DNA from: Opitutus sp. GAS368 | GTDB taxonomy: Bacteria; Verrucomicrobiota; Verrucomicrobiia; Opitutales; UBA953 | Length of the DNA: 62,730 nucleotides | Reading direction: 5' to 3' | Assembly (NCBI GenBank): GCA_945882655.1 | Contig: CAMCWL010000001.1 | Location: 1 to 62,730 of the forward strand | Part shown: positions 27,733-36,636 of the stretch, in pieces | How positions within the stretch are numbered: the stretch's first letter is position 1 | Layout: each line of letters opens with the position of its first letter | Made by a program: the position numbers and the translations under genes | Notes under the pieces: model-generated | What the model was told of the DNA's origin: nothing | Database searches by the model: none | What the model saw: the letters and a program-made list of their open reading frames with translations, nothing else

Positions 27733-28671
27733 TCAGGCTCCGGGCTTCATTCCGGTCGCCAGAATGGTCTCAAAACACGGCTCTTTTACCTCTTTGGCGA
27801 CGACCCGGACCTCGGATTGGCGGAAACCCGCCTCCTCGATCCAGTCATGGAGTTCGTTTTCTTTGAATCCGAGCCAGCGGTCAGCGTAAAGCTCGCGGGC
27901 TTTCTCGAAACGATGGGCGCGGAGGTCGAGGATAAGTAAGCGGCCGCCGGGCTTGAGGATGCGGAAGGCCTCCGCCAGAGCCAGTCGCGGGTTCTCGGCG
28001 TGGTGCAGGGCTTGGCTGAGCAAGGCGAGGTCGATGCTCCGATCGGGTAGGGGGACCTTCTCGATGTTGCCAAGGATGTAGGTCAGGTTGCGGAGGTGCT
28101 CTTTCTTGGCCAAGGCGCGACCGACCTGGACCATCCGGGGGGAGTTGTCGACGCAGTGGACGCTTTCGGCTTGGCGGGCCAGCAGGCGCGAGAGCGTACC
28201 GTCGCCGGCGCCGAGGTCGGCGATGCGTACCCGGGGCGTAAGCAGGAAGAGCATCTGGCCGATCGCTTCCCAGGAGCGACCTGGGCAGTAGTTACGGCCG
28301 AGGCGGTCGGCCACGAGGTTGAAGTGTTGCTCCGCTTTTTGGCGGCGCTTCTCGATGATCCGCTGCAAGGAGCGCTGGTCCGCGGCGGACTTGGGCTCGC
28401 GGGCGCTGGCGGCGAGGGCGGCGTCCACGATGCCGGCGACGCTCACCGGCAGGTCGCGGGCGAGCGAGTAGAACGATTTCTTACCGTCGCGTCGGTCGTG
28501 CACGAGCTGGGCCTTGCGCAGTAACGCGAGGTGAGTCGAGATGCGTGACTGGGGGAGGCCGAGGATTTCCTGGAGTTCGCCGACAGCCAGCTCGCCGCGG
28601 TGAAGCAGGTGGAGCATGCGGGACCTGGTCGGGTCGGCCAGGAGGCGCAGGGTTTCCCAAGGGTCGGACAT
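27733..28671 (-). CDS. ArsR/SmtB-family wHTH regulator fused to a class I SAM-dependent methyltransferase
   Basis: The N-terminus LADPTRSRMLHLLHRGELAVGELQEILGLPQSRISTHLALLRKAQLV is an ArsR HTH. The C-terminus has IADLGAGDGTLS (SAM motif I) and LKPGGRLLILD. Confidence 0.85.
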   Translation of the reverse strand: MSDPWETLRLLADPTRSRMLHLLHRGELAVGELQEILGLPQSRISTHLALLRKAQLVHDRRDGKKSFYSLARDLPVSVAGIVDAALAASAREPKSAADQRSLQRIIEKRRQKAEQHFNLVADRLGRNYCPGRSWEAIGQMLFLLTPRVRIADLGAGDGTLSRLLARQAESVHCVDNSPRMVQVGRALAKKEHLRNLTYILGNIEKVPLPDRSIDLALLSQALHHAENPRLALAEAFRILKPGGRLLILDLRAHRFEKARELYADRWLGFKENELHDWIEEAGFRQSEVRVVAKEVKEPCFETILATGMKPGA

Positions 28672-28703
28672 GCGGGCAGGTTGGGGCGCGCCGGGCCCCG
28701 TGT

Positions 28704-28733
28704 CAAAAGAGGAAGCCCCGTTTCCGGGGCTTC
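28704..28733 (-). terminator. Rho-independent terminator after the long greA-like gene
   Basis: GAAGCCCCG-TTTC-CGGGGCTTC hairpin. On the minus strand it is followed by CTCTTTTG. Confidence 0.7.
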
Positions 28734-28757
28734 GTCAGCAGGCCATTTAGCAGGGGC

Positions 28758-30752
28758 TTAGCGCTTATCGACCCAGCGGGTGATGCGGATGACGGTCCAG
28801 TTCTCGGCCTTGCCGTTGATGTTCGTCGTGAAGGTCTCGCCCGTCTTGTGGTTGAGGAACTGCTTCGCGAGGGGCGAGATGTAGGAGAGGATGTTCTTCT
28901 CCGGTTCGCCGTCCCAGGCGCCGAGCAGGTCGTAGGCGATCTCAGCCTGGTCGGAGCCGCGGCGGAGGACCACGCTGGAGCCGACGCTGATGGTGTCCGT
29001 GTTGGCTTCCTTGAAGTCGGTGACTTTGGCCTTCTTGAGGATGCCGTCGAGCTCGGCGCGGCGGGCGGCGAGGGTGTCATGGTCCTGACGGGCCATCTTG
29101 TATTCGGAATTTTCCTTCAAGTCGCCGTGCTCCTTGGCAATCTGGATGGCTTCCTTGACCGCGGGGAGGCGCACCTTGACGATGTCCTCGAGCTCGCGCT
29201 CCTTTTCTTCCTTCGAAAGCTTGGAGACGAGGAGTTCCTTTTCCTCGGCTTCGGAGCCCGAATGCTTGGACTTGGCGAGGCGCTGGACGTGCGGCTCGAT
29301 CTTGGCGAGACGTGAGAGGAGCGCCTTCTTGGTCATCTCGTCGAAGCCCTGGCTGCTCATCATCGTGCGGGTCAGGTCGAAGATGGTTTCGCTGTCGGCC
29401 TTCTTGCCGTCGGCGGGGATGAGGATGTTAGCGATGAGCTCCTTGTCCTTGATGAGTTCGTTGGCGAGCGGGATGCGTGCCGTGGAGTTGGACTCGAGGG
29501 ATTCGGTGTCGATCGAGGAGAGGATGGCGCCGAGCAACGAGGGGTTGATCAGGCGGCCGACGATGTCGGCGTACTTCTTCGAGTCGCGGTTCTTGATGAC
29601 CCAAATGATGACCGGGGCGCGCAGTTCGCGGGTCTCGAGCCACTGGGCAAAGCGGGCGGAGACGGCGGCGGCGAGTTCCTGGTCGCAGAGGTAGGCAATC
29701 GATTCGGAGACGAGCTTGGCGGAGCCGCTCTTGGTGCCACCGATATCGCGGTTACGGAGTAGGTCGAAGGCGCGTTCGGACCAGTTGTCGCCGTGGTGGG
29801 CGCGCACGAGGTCGAGCAGGCTGCGGATCTTCTCGGTAGTATGCGGGATGTTCAGTGCGACGAAGGCGAGGTCGCTTTCGGTGCAGAGGGCGATGATTTC
29901 CGAGGCCGTCGGGCTGACGGTTTCGACGTTTTCCACCGAAGAGCGGAAGAACTTATCGCGATTCCAGATGCCGCCGAGGATGGCGGGGAGATTGTCGCGC
30001 TTGCGGGCGGTTTCGAGTTTCTTGATTTCCTTGGCGAGGTCGGCGGAGACTTTCTCGAGGTTGGCGGCGGTGGCGGCCGAGCGTGTCTCCGAGGAGGCGC
30101 AATCGGCGAGTTCTTCGAGGAGGACGAGCTTACGTTCGAAATTAGGGGCGCCTTCGTACTGGGCGAAGAGATCTTCACCGAGGTCCTTGGGGGCTTCGAG
30201 TAGGGCGTAGAGGCCGCCTTTACGCTCGGGGACGAGGATGGCGCGATCCTTGCGGAGGGCGGCGCGGGCCTTGGTCCACCAGGCCTTGAAGGAGGTGGCG
30301 CGATCCTTGCCGGCAGGCAGGGAGGCGAAATAGACGCGGTCGAGGTTGGCTTCGAGGGCGTAAGAGGTGCACTCGCCAGTGGGGTATTCGGCGAGGAGAG
30401 CCTTCACGACGCCGGCAGGGTCGTTGGCTACTATGTTGGCGATCGCGGCCTTGGTGGTGTCGCCGTAGGCCTTGGCCACGACGCCGTTAGGATTGATGAC
30501 CTCGATCTTGCCGAGGAAGAAGGCGGCATCCATGACGTGGGCCTTCTTGTTCTGTTCAGGGAAATCGACGGTGAGGCGCTTGGTGGCTTCGTCGTAGGCG
30601 CGGATGACGCCGATACCCCAAGCTTGGTGGAGGCAGAAGGCCGGCTGACCCGTGGCGACCAAGTCGATGGCGGCCTGCAGGGAGTTGATTTTACCACCTT
30701 GTGGGTTGAGTGCCTTGTTGCTCATTGCAAAAGTGGGTTTTGGGCATAACAA
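28758..30752 (-). CDS. greA: Long-form GreA/GreB-family transcript cleavage factor (about 500-aa N-terminal extension)
   Basis: The C-terminal 150 aa carry GDLKENSEYKMARQDHDTLAARRAELDGIL, VGSSVVL and ILSYISPLAKQFLNHKTGE, matching GreA coiled-coil and C-terminal domain motifs. The start is ATG 30752 or 30725. Confidence 0.8.
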   Translation of the reverse strand: MLCPKPTFAMSNKALNPQGGKINSLQAAIDLVATGQPAFCLHQAWGIGVIRAYDEATKRLTVDFPEQNKKAHVMDAAFFLGKIEVINPNGVVAKAYGDTTKAAIANIVANDPAGVVKALLAEYPTGECTSYALEANLDRVYFASLPAGKDRATSFKAWWTKARAALRKDRAILVPERKGGLYALLEAPKDLGEDLFAQYEGAPNFERKLVLLEELADCASSETRSAATAANLEKVSADLAKEIKKLETARKRDNLPAILGGIWNRDKFFRSSVENVETVSPTASEIIALCTESDLAFVALNIPHTTEKIRSLLDLVRAHHGDNWSERAFDLLRNRDIGGTKSGSAKLVSESIAYLCDQELAAAVSARFAQWLETRELRAPVIIWVIKNRDSKKYADIVGRLINPSLLGAILSSIDTESLESNSTARIPLANELIKDKELIANILIPADGKKADSETIFDLTRTMMSSQGFDEMTKKALLSRLAKIEPHVQRLAKSKHSGSEAEEKELLVSKLSKEEKERELEDIVKVRLPAVKEAIQIAKEHGDLKENSEYKMARQDHDTLAARRAELDGILKKAKVTDFKEANTDTISVGSSVVLRRGSDQAEIAYDLLGAWDGEPEKNILSYISPLAKQFLNHKTGETFTTNINGKAENWTVIRITRWVDKR

Positions 30753-30825
30753 TTCTCACTTGCAAGCAGGAAGGCGGGGGGCTTTGGGGTCTATGCCTCG
30801 ACAGTCCTCCTGACCTGCGTCCCAC

Positions 30826-31956
30826 ATGGCCTTTAAGCCCGAAAAACCCTCAATCCACGGCGAAACTCCCGAGACCCTCGGCGAGCGGTTGGTCGCGGAC
30901 GGCCACCCCCGCTACCGGGCCGGTCAGGTCTTCGAATGGCTGTACCCGCGCCGGGCCGAGACCCCGGAGGCGATGACCAACCTCCCCGCCAACCTCCGGG
31001 CCTGGCTTCTGGCCAATTATGACTTCGAGGCGACCAGTCTAGTTCAGCGTAAGGCCTCCTCCGACGTCACCCAGAAGATCCTCCAGCGCCTCCGGGACGG
31101 CTCCCTCATCGAGACCGTCATCATCCGGGCCCCGATGGAAGGGGTGGGGCAGGAGAAGTCCCGCCGGACGATCTGCATCTCGACCCAGGTCGGCTGTGCC
31201 TATGGGTGTAAATTCTGCGCCTCGGGTCTCGAGGGCTGGAAGCGCGATCTCTCGATCGGCGAAATCGTCTCCCAGCTTGTTCAGGTCTGCCGGATTGAGG
31301 ACAAGACGGATCCCGCCCGCGCCGCCGAAGGCCTGGCGTCCTTCGACAATATCGTGGTGATGGGTATGGGTGAGCCGCTGGCCAACTACGAGAACCTGAT
31401 GTCCGCGCTCCGTATCGTGAACGCGCCCTGGGGCTTCGGCTTCGGCGCCCGTCGCGTCACGATCTCCACTTCGGGCGTGGTCCCCAAGATTCTCAAGCTC
31501 GCCGAGGAGCCACTGGGCTTCCGCCTCGCCATCAGCCTGCACGGCGCGACCAACGAGGTCCGTAACCAGATCATGCCGGTGAATAAGAAGTTTCCGCTCG
31601 AGGAACTCATCCCCGCGGCAAAGGCTTTCGCCCGTAAGCACGGCCGTATGCTGACCTTAGAGTTTATCCTGATTGAAGATATCAACGACTCGCTGGAGCA
31701 GGCCAAGAAGCTCGCGGTCATCGCCCGTGAACTCCACGCGCACGTCAATCTCATCCCGTATAACAAGGTCGAAGGTCTACCGTGGGTGCGCCCGTCTCTG
31801 ACGCGCCAGGATCGCTTTGTGAAGGAACTCCGCGCGCTCGGCGTGACGGCAACGCTCCGTCGCGAGAAGGGGCACGATATCGACGCGGCCTGCGGTCAGT
31901 TGCGCCTCCAAACGGAGAAGGCCCAGAGCGCCAATCCCCCGCCCGCCGCGGCTTAG
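30826..31956 (+). CDS. rlmN: 23S rRNA/tRNA (adenine-C2)-methyltransferase, radical SAM
   Basis: Has CISTQVGCAYGCKFCASG (CxxxCxxC), GMGEPLANY and the C-terminal DIDAACGQL. Confidence 0.93.
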   Translation: MAFKPEKPSIHGETPETLGERLVADGHPRYRAGQVFEWLYPRRAETPEAMTNLPANLRAWLLANYDFEATSLVQRKASSDVTQKILQRLRDGSLIETVIIRAPMEGVGQEKSRRTICISTQVGCAYGCKFCASGLEGWKRDLSIGEIVSQLVQVCRIEDKTDPARAAEGLASFDNIVVMGMGEPLANYENLMSALRIVNAPWGFGFGARRVTISTSGVVPKILKLAEEPLGFRLAISLHGATNEVRNQIMPVNKKFPLEELIPAAKAFARKHGRMLTLEFILIEDINDSLEQAKKLAVIARELHAHVNLIPYNKVEGLPWVRPSLTRQDRFVKELRALGVTATLRREKGHDIDAACGQLRLQTEKAQSANPPPAAA

Positions 31957-32612
31957 GCCGTCAGTGCGGCGGCGAAGGCCTTGCGGTCCGGCGCCTTGAA
32001 GAAAGCCGTGCCCGCGACGAACGTATCCGCGCCCGCCTCGCGGCAGCGGAGGCCAGTCTCGACGTTGATGCCGCCGTCGACCTCGAGGCGGAAGTTCGCG
32101 CCGCGCTTGGCGCGTTCGGCGGCGAGGAAACGGATGCTGTCGAGAACGGAAGGGATGAACGACTGTCCGCCGAAGCCGGGGAAGACCGTCATGCAAAGTA
32201 CGAGATCAACGGAGTCGAGGTAAGGCAGCAGGCGGCGCGGATCGGCATCGGGGTTCATGGCGATGCCGGCTGAAAGTCCCGCGGCCTTGATGGCGGCGAT
32301 GGTCTTGGCGACGTCGTGGTCGGCCTCGACATGCACCGTAAGGCGTTCGGCTCCGGCCCGGGCGAAGGCCTCGACGTAGCGGTCAGGATGGCTGAGCATC
32401 AGGTGCACATCGAAGTGCAGCTTCGTCAGCGGACGAAGGTCGGCGACGACCTGCGGGCCGAAGCTGATGTTGGGCACGAAGTGCCCGTCCATGATGTCGA
32501 TGTGCAGCCAGGTCAGGCCAGCTTCCTCCACCGTGCGGACACCCTGTGCGAACGCGCCGTGGTTGGCGGCGAGCAAGGAAGGGGCGACGACGGTGGGATT
32601 CATGCTTACCAA
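31953..32612 (-). CDS. rpe: Ribulose-phosphate 3-epimerase
   Basis: Has APSLLAAN, HIDIMDGHFVPNISFG, DVHLM and PGFGGQSF. Confidence 0.95.
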   Translation of the reverse strand: MVSMNPTVVAPSLLAANHGAFAQGVRTVEEAGLTWLHIDIMDGHFVPNISFGPQVVADLRPLTKLHFDVHLMLSHPDRYVEAFARAGAERLTVHVEADHDVAKTIAAIKAAGLSAGIAMNPDADPRRLLPYLDSVDLVLCMTVFPGFGGQSFIPSVLDSIRFLAAERAKRGANFRLEVDGGINVETGLRCREAGADTFVAGTAFFKAPDRKAFAAALTA

Positions 32613-33094
32613 GCGGTGGTCGCGGCTTCGCGAATCTGCGAAGCGATGTCGCCGAAGAGCGTCGGCCCGAGGCTGAGTTCCTCGGCAGCGGGATCACCAG
32701 AGACCTGAAGGGTGGCGATCGATTTAAAGGTACGGTCCTTGAAGAGCACGCGCTTGCCGCCGTCGGTCGTCAGGGTGCAGCGCACCTCGAAGCTCACGCG
32801 ATAGCTCGTAAAAGCGTAGGCATCACCGGTCTTGGTGGTGAAGCCGTCGCGCTGATAGCGCGTGACTTCGGTCTCAAGTCGGGCTTCGCCAGGGCCGACC
32901 TTCACGCGAGGGTCGCCGGCGAGGGCTTCGACAATCTTGCTGTGCAGCACGGCGTGCGTACCGGTGCGGGCGGTAGAGTTGCGGATGGCAGCGACTTCGA
33001 CGCTGCGGAAGGCGGGCTTGGGGCCGCCGAGGCGATAGGCGGAGCAGCCGGCGAGGACGGTAGCTGCAATGAGCGCGACGAGAAATCGCTTCAT
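32606..33094 (-). CDS. LptE-like outer-membrane lipoprotein (162 aa)
   Basis: The start is trimmed to ATG 33094, a 4-nt ATGA overlap with the upstream gene. Has the lipobox MKRFLVALIAATVLAGC and a GCSAYRLGG start. The size and strand pattern resemble LptE. Confidence 0.5.
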   Translation of the reverse strand: MKRFLVALIAATVLAGCSAYRLGGPKPAFRSVEVAAIRNSTARTGTHAVLHSKIVEALAGDPRVKVGPGEARLETEVTRYQRDGFTTKTGDAYAFTSYRVSFEVRCTLTTDGGKRVLFKDRTFKSIATLQVSGDPAAEELSLGPTLFGDIASQIREAATTAW

Positions 33095-34212
33095 CGGCGA
33101 TCTCCTCCCGTGGCGGGCTTCGGCTCTTCCTTCTTGAAGCCGAGACCGTCGAGGTCTCCACCGACGACCTGCGGCTTGACTTCGGCGGCGGTGCGCGGGC
33201 GCGGATAGGAGCCGAGCAGTCGGTCGGCAAAGGTCTTCGGAGGATTGGGGTCCTTCTGGATGCGGGCGAGAAGTTCTTCGGCTTCCTTGGATGCGGCCGA
33301 TTCCGGAGCGATGTTGCGGCAAGCGTTGGCCATCAGCTTGGCGGCTTCCGGATTATTGCGGTCGAAGAAGTAGAACTTGGCGAGATTGAGGCGGGCGCGG
33401 GCGGCGCGATCGCGGAGGAGGGCGATCTGTTCAATGGCTTGCTTGGCGCGCGGGTCGTTGGGGAACTGGTCAGCCAGCGTGCGCCAATGGTCGGCGGCTT
33501 CGATCGTGGTGGCTTGGTCCCAGGCTGGTCCGAGTGACTCCTTGGAACGCATCGTAGCGAGCATTTCGAGGCCTTCGGCGGCGAACTTGGAGGTGGGATA
33601 ATCGCTGACGAGACGTTCGAGGGCTTCGATCGTCTTCGCATCATTGCCGCCCTCTTGGCCAAGGCGGGCTGTGCGGATGAGGCTTTCGTCGGCGTACGGG
33701 CCATTGGGCGCGAGGCGTAGGGTCTTCTGCCAGAGGGCAATCGCGCCTTGGGGGTCGCGGAACCAAGGGAACCAACCGCCGAGCTTGCGGCGTTCGCCAG
33801 CGGCAAGACGGTTCGCGATCTCGAACTGCAGTTTCACGGCATCGCCGAAACCAGCGAAGCTCGAGTGGCGCGCGTAGAGGTCGTCAATCAGTTCGGTAGC
33901 AGTCTCGAATTCATGGCGCGCTGCATAGAGGCGGGCGCGCTCGAGGATGGCGACGGCCTCAGCTTCGGTGCCGGCGTTGGCTTCGCCGATGACGGACCAT
34001 TCCTTGATGGCGGTGCCTGCATTGCCGTCTTCGGCGGACTGGGAGGCGCGGTTCATCGCGAGCAGCACGATGGGCAGGCGTTCAGCGGGGATGACGTCGT
34101 TCGTCGTGCCGGGCTTGACGCGCCACGTCCCCTCGAAGTGGACGTATTCCGCTTGAGCGATGGGGCCGTGCAAGAGCGCGACGGCGAGGAGGGTTTTAGT
34201 GAGGTGGTTCAT
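33091..34212 (-). CDS. BamD/YfiO-like TPR protein
   Basis: Signal peptide MNHLTKTLLAVALLHGPIAQA. LVSDYPTSKFAAEG and LLRDRAARARLNLAKFYFF..NPEAA resemble the BamD repeats and terminal helix. Confidence 0.5.
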   Translation of the reverse strand: MNHLTKTLLAVALLHGPIAQAEYVHFEGTWRVKPGTTNDVIPAERLPIVLLAMNRASQSAEDGNAGTAIKEWSVIGEANAGTEAEAVAILERARLYAARHEFETATELIDDLYARHSSFAGFGDAVKLQFEIANRLAAGERRKLGGWFPWFRDPQGAIALWQKTLRLAPNGPYADESLIRTARLGQEGGNDAKTIEALERLVSDYPTSKFAAEGLEMLATMRSKESLGPAWDQATTIEAADHWRTLADQFPNDPRAKQAIEQIALLRDRAARARLNLAKFYFFDRNNPEAAKLMANACRNIAPESAASKEAEELLARIQKDPNPPKTFADRLLGSYPRPRTAAEVKPQVVGGDLDGLGFKKEEPKPATGGDRR

Positions 34213-35209
34213 GCCAGCGGAGAAGGGTTGCGCCCCAGGTGAGACCGGCGCCGAAGGCGACGATGAGGACGAGGTCGCCGTGCTTGATCTTGCCGTCTTT
34301 CCAGGCTTCTTCAAGCGCGAGAGGGATTGAGGCCGCGGACGTGTTGCCGTAGCGCTCGAGGTTTGAGGGGAAGCGGTCCATGCCCACGTTAAGCTGGCTC
34401 GCGACGGCCTCCAGGATCCGGCTGTTCGCCTGGTGGGGGATAAACCACGCGACCTGTTCCGATTTCACGTCGCACTTGGCGAGGACGCGTTCGCAGGATT
34501 CCGCCATGACGCGCACGGCGTGGCGGAAGACTTCCTTGCCGTTCATCCGTAGGAAGTGCTTGCCGTCGCGGAGGGAGTCCGCGGTCGCGGGGGCGGCGGA
34601 GCCTCCGCCGGCGCAATGCAGGAGCTCGGCGTTATTGCCGTCGGCTCCGAGCAGGTTTCCGAGCAGGCCGACGTTCTTCTCCGGGGTGGTCTCGAGCAGG
34701 ACGGCGCCGGCGCCGTCGCCGAAGAGCACGCAGGTTGTTCGGTCCGACCAATCCACCACGCTGGAAAGTTTCTCGGTGCCGACGACGAGGGTGCGGCGGT
34801 AGGCGCCCGAGCGCATCATGTCCTTGGCGACCTGGAGGGCATAGACGAAGCCCGAGCAGGCGGCGGAGACATCGAAGCAAGGGATGTCACGGCGGAGGCC
34901 GAGTTTGGCCTGAAGGAGGCAGGCCGTGGACGGGAAGGGTACATCCGACGTCATCGTGGCGACGATGAGTAGGTCGACGTCGGCCGGGGTTAGTCCGGCG
35001 CGTTCAAGAGTCTTGGCGGCGGCCTTCGCACCCATGTCCGAAGGGTTCTCGCCCGGGGCGGCGATGCGTCGTTCGGCGATGCCGGAACGTGTCTTGATCC
35101 ACTCGTCGGAGGTATCCACCATCGTGGACAGTTCGGCATTGGTGAGCTTGCGTTCTGGAGTGTGGACCCCGATGGCCCGAATGAAGACTGAAAGCTCAGC
35201 GCTGCTCAT
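34196..35209 (-). CDS. fabH: 3-oxoacyl-ACP synthase III
   Basis: Has the active-site region FDVSAACSGFVYAL, plus HQAN and GNTSAASIP. Confidence 0.95.
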   Translation of the reverse strand: MSSAELSVFIRAIGVHTPERKLTNAELSTMVDTSDEWIKTRSGIAERRIAAPGENPSDMGAKAAAKTLERAGLTPADVDLLIVATMTSDVPFPSTACLLQAKLGLRRDIPCFDVSAACSGFVYALQVAKDMMRSGAYRRTLVVGTEKLSSVVDWSDRTTCVLFGDGAGAVLLETTPEKNVGLLGNLLGADGNNAELLHCAGGGSAAPATADSLRDGKHFLRMNGKEVFRHAVRVMAESCERVLAKCDVKSEQVAWFIPHQANSRILEAVASQLNVGMDRFPSNLERYGNTSAASIPLALEEAWKDGKIKHGDLVLIVAFGAGLTWGATLLRWHEPPH

Positions 35210-35257
35210 CGATGCGTGAGAAAAGACCCCTTGGGCGGGGAAGGGAACACTAAAACC

Positions 35258-36328
35258 TCAGGCTTCCTCCGGGGTGGAGGAAATCACCGCATTCGCCTCG
35301 GCCAGCGAGGTCAGCATGCGATGTCCGGCGCCGTGGCCAAGGGCTTCTAGGCCTAGGCGGATGGCGCTGGAGATACCTTGACGGTTGCTTGAACCGTGGG
35401 CCTTCATGACGAGTCCGGTGAGACCGAGTAATGGTGCTCCGCCGTAACGTTCTGGCTTCAATTTGCCTTTGAGGTCGCGCAGGAGGGGGAACATGGCGAT
35501 GCCTCCAGCCAGGTAGACGGGATTGCTCTTCACCTTGCTGCCCACCATGTCGCGGACCATATAAACGAGGCCTTCGAGGGTCTTGAGGATCACGTTGCCC
35601 GTGAAGCCGTCGGTCACAACAACATCGCAGGCGTCGCCAAAGACGTCGAAGCCTTCGACGGGGCCGACGTAATTGATGCGGTCGCCCAAGGCCTTCAGGA
35701 GGGCGTGCGTTCGATTGATACGCGGGCCGCCTTTGCCTTCTTCGGTCCCGACCGAGAGGAGGCCGACGCGTGGGCTGGCGATGCCGAGGGCGCTCTGGGC
35801 GTAGATGGAGCCGAGGACGGCGTTGTGTACCATCTGGGCGGGCGTGGCCTCGGGGTTGGCGCCCACGTCGAGCATGATGAAATGGCCTTCGCGTCGCGGC
35901 ATGATGGCTGCGAGGGCAGGGCGTTCGGCCCCTTCCATAGGACGAACTTTAATGGTTCCCGCGGCGACGAGGGCTTTGGTGTTGCCGGTGGAGACGACGA
36001 CGTCGACTTCGCCCGCCTTAAGCATCTCAAGGGCGATCACCATCGATGAGTCGCGCTTCGACTTGAGCACGGCCATCGGGGCGTCGTCCGGAGCCACGAT
36101 GCTGGCGGCGTGGCGGAAGCTGACGCGGCTATTTCTGAGCGCACGATGCTCGATCGCGAGCATGCGGAGATTGTCTTCATGGCCGACGAGCACCAGGGCG
36201 TCGTCTGGTCCGATGATGCCATCCTTAAAAGCGACGGCTGCGGCAGCCACGGCTTCCGAAGGGCCCATGTCACCGCCCATGCAATCAAGGGCGATACGAT
36301 GACCTTTCTTCGGAGGGACGTCGCTCAT
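35258..36328 (-). CDS. plsX: Phosphate acyltransferase PlsX
   Basis: Has IALDCMGGD, GNTKALVA and GLVMKAHGSS. Confidence 0.95.
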   Translation of the reverse strand: MSDVPPKKGHRIALDCMGGDMGPSEAVAAAAVAFKDGIIGPDDALVLVGHEDNLRMLAIEHRALRNSRVSFRHAASIVAPDDAPMAVLKSKRDSSMVIALEMLKAGEVDVVVSTGNTKALVAAGTIKVRPMEGAERPALAAIMPRREGHFIMLDVGANPEATPAQMVHNAVLGSIYAQSALGIASPRVGLLSVGTEEGKGGPRINRTHALLKALGDRINYVGPVEGFDVFGDACDVVVTDGFTGNVILKTLEGLVYMVRDMVGSKVKSNPVYLAGGIAMFPLLRDLKGKLKPERYGGAPLLGLTGLVMKAHGSSNRQGISSAIRLGLEALGHGAGHRMLTSLAEANAVISSTPEEA

Positions 36329-36353
36329 GAGGTCGGGCTAAGCCCGGGGGAGC

Positions 36354-36533
36354 TTAAGCTCCGGTGTCCAGCACCTGACGACCGCGGTACTTGCCCGTGG
36401 TGGGGTCGACGCGGTGGGAGCGACGAAGAGCACCAGATTCGGCGTCTTTGACGAGTTTCGGGGCGCGGAACTGATTGGCGGCACGACGGAGTCGGCTGCG
36501 GCGTTTGGACTGTTTACGTTTCGGATTGGCCAT
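36354..36533 (-). CDS. rpmF: 50S ribosomal protein L32 (59 aa; below the ORF-track cutoff)
   Basis: Hand translation of the minus strand from ATG 36533 gives MANPKRKQSKRRSRLRRAANQFRAPKLVKDAESGALRRSHRVDPTTGKYRGRQVLDTGA, ending at TAA (36354-36356). It sits in the canonical position upstream of plsX. Confidence 0.9.
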   Translation of the reverse strand: MANPKRKQSKRRSRLRRAANQFRAPKLVKDAESGALRRSHRVDPTTGKYRGRQVLDTGA

Positions 36534-36636
36534 GGTTCTACGCTTGGATGAGGGTCGGTTCTACCCCTCCCGCCCCCTCGGTCAAGCCCCCTTTCCATTC
36601 CCTTGCGATTGTGGGCGGGTTTGTTTGGCTGGCCTG

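Noticed and set aside
36338-36598. 86-aa minus-strand ORF from the track
   Set aside because: It is replaced by rpmF (36354-36533) in a different frame. The 86-aa product has no features and would overlap the L32 gene completely.
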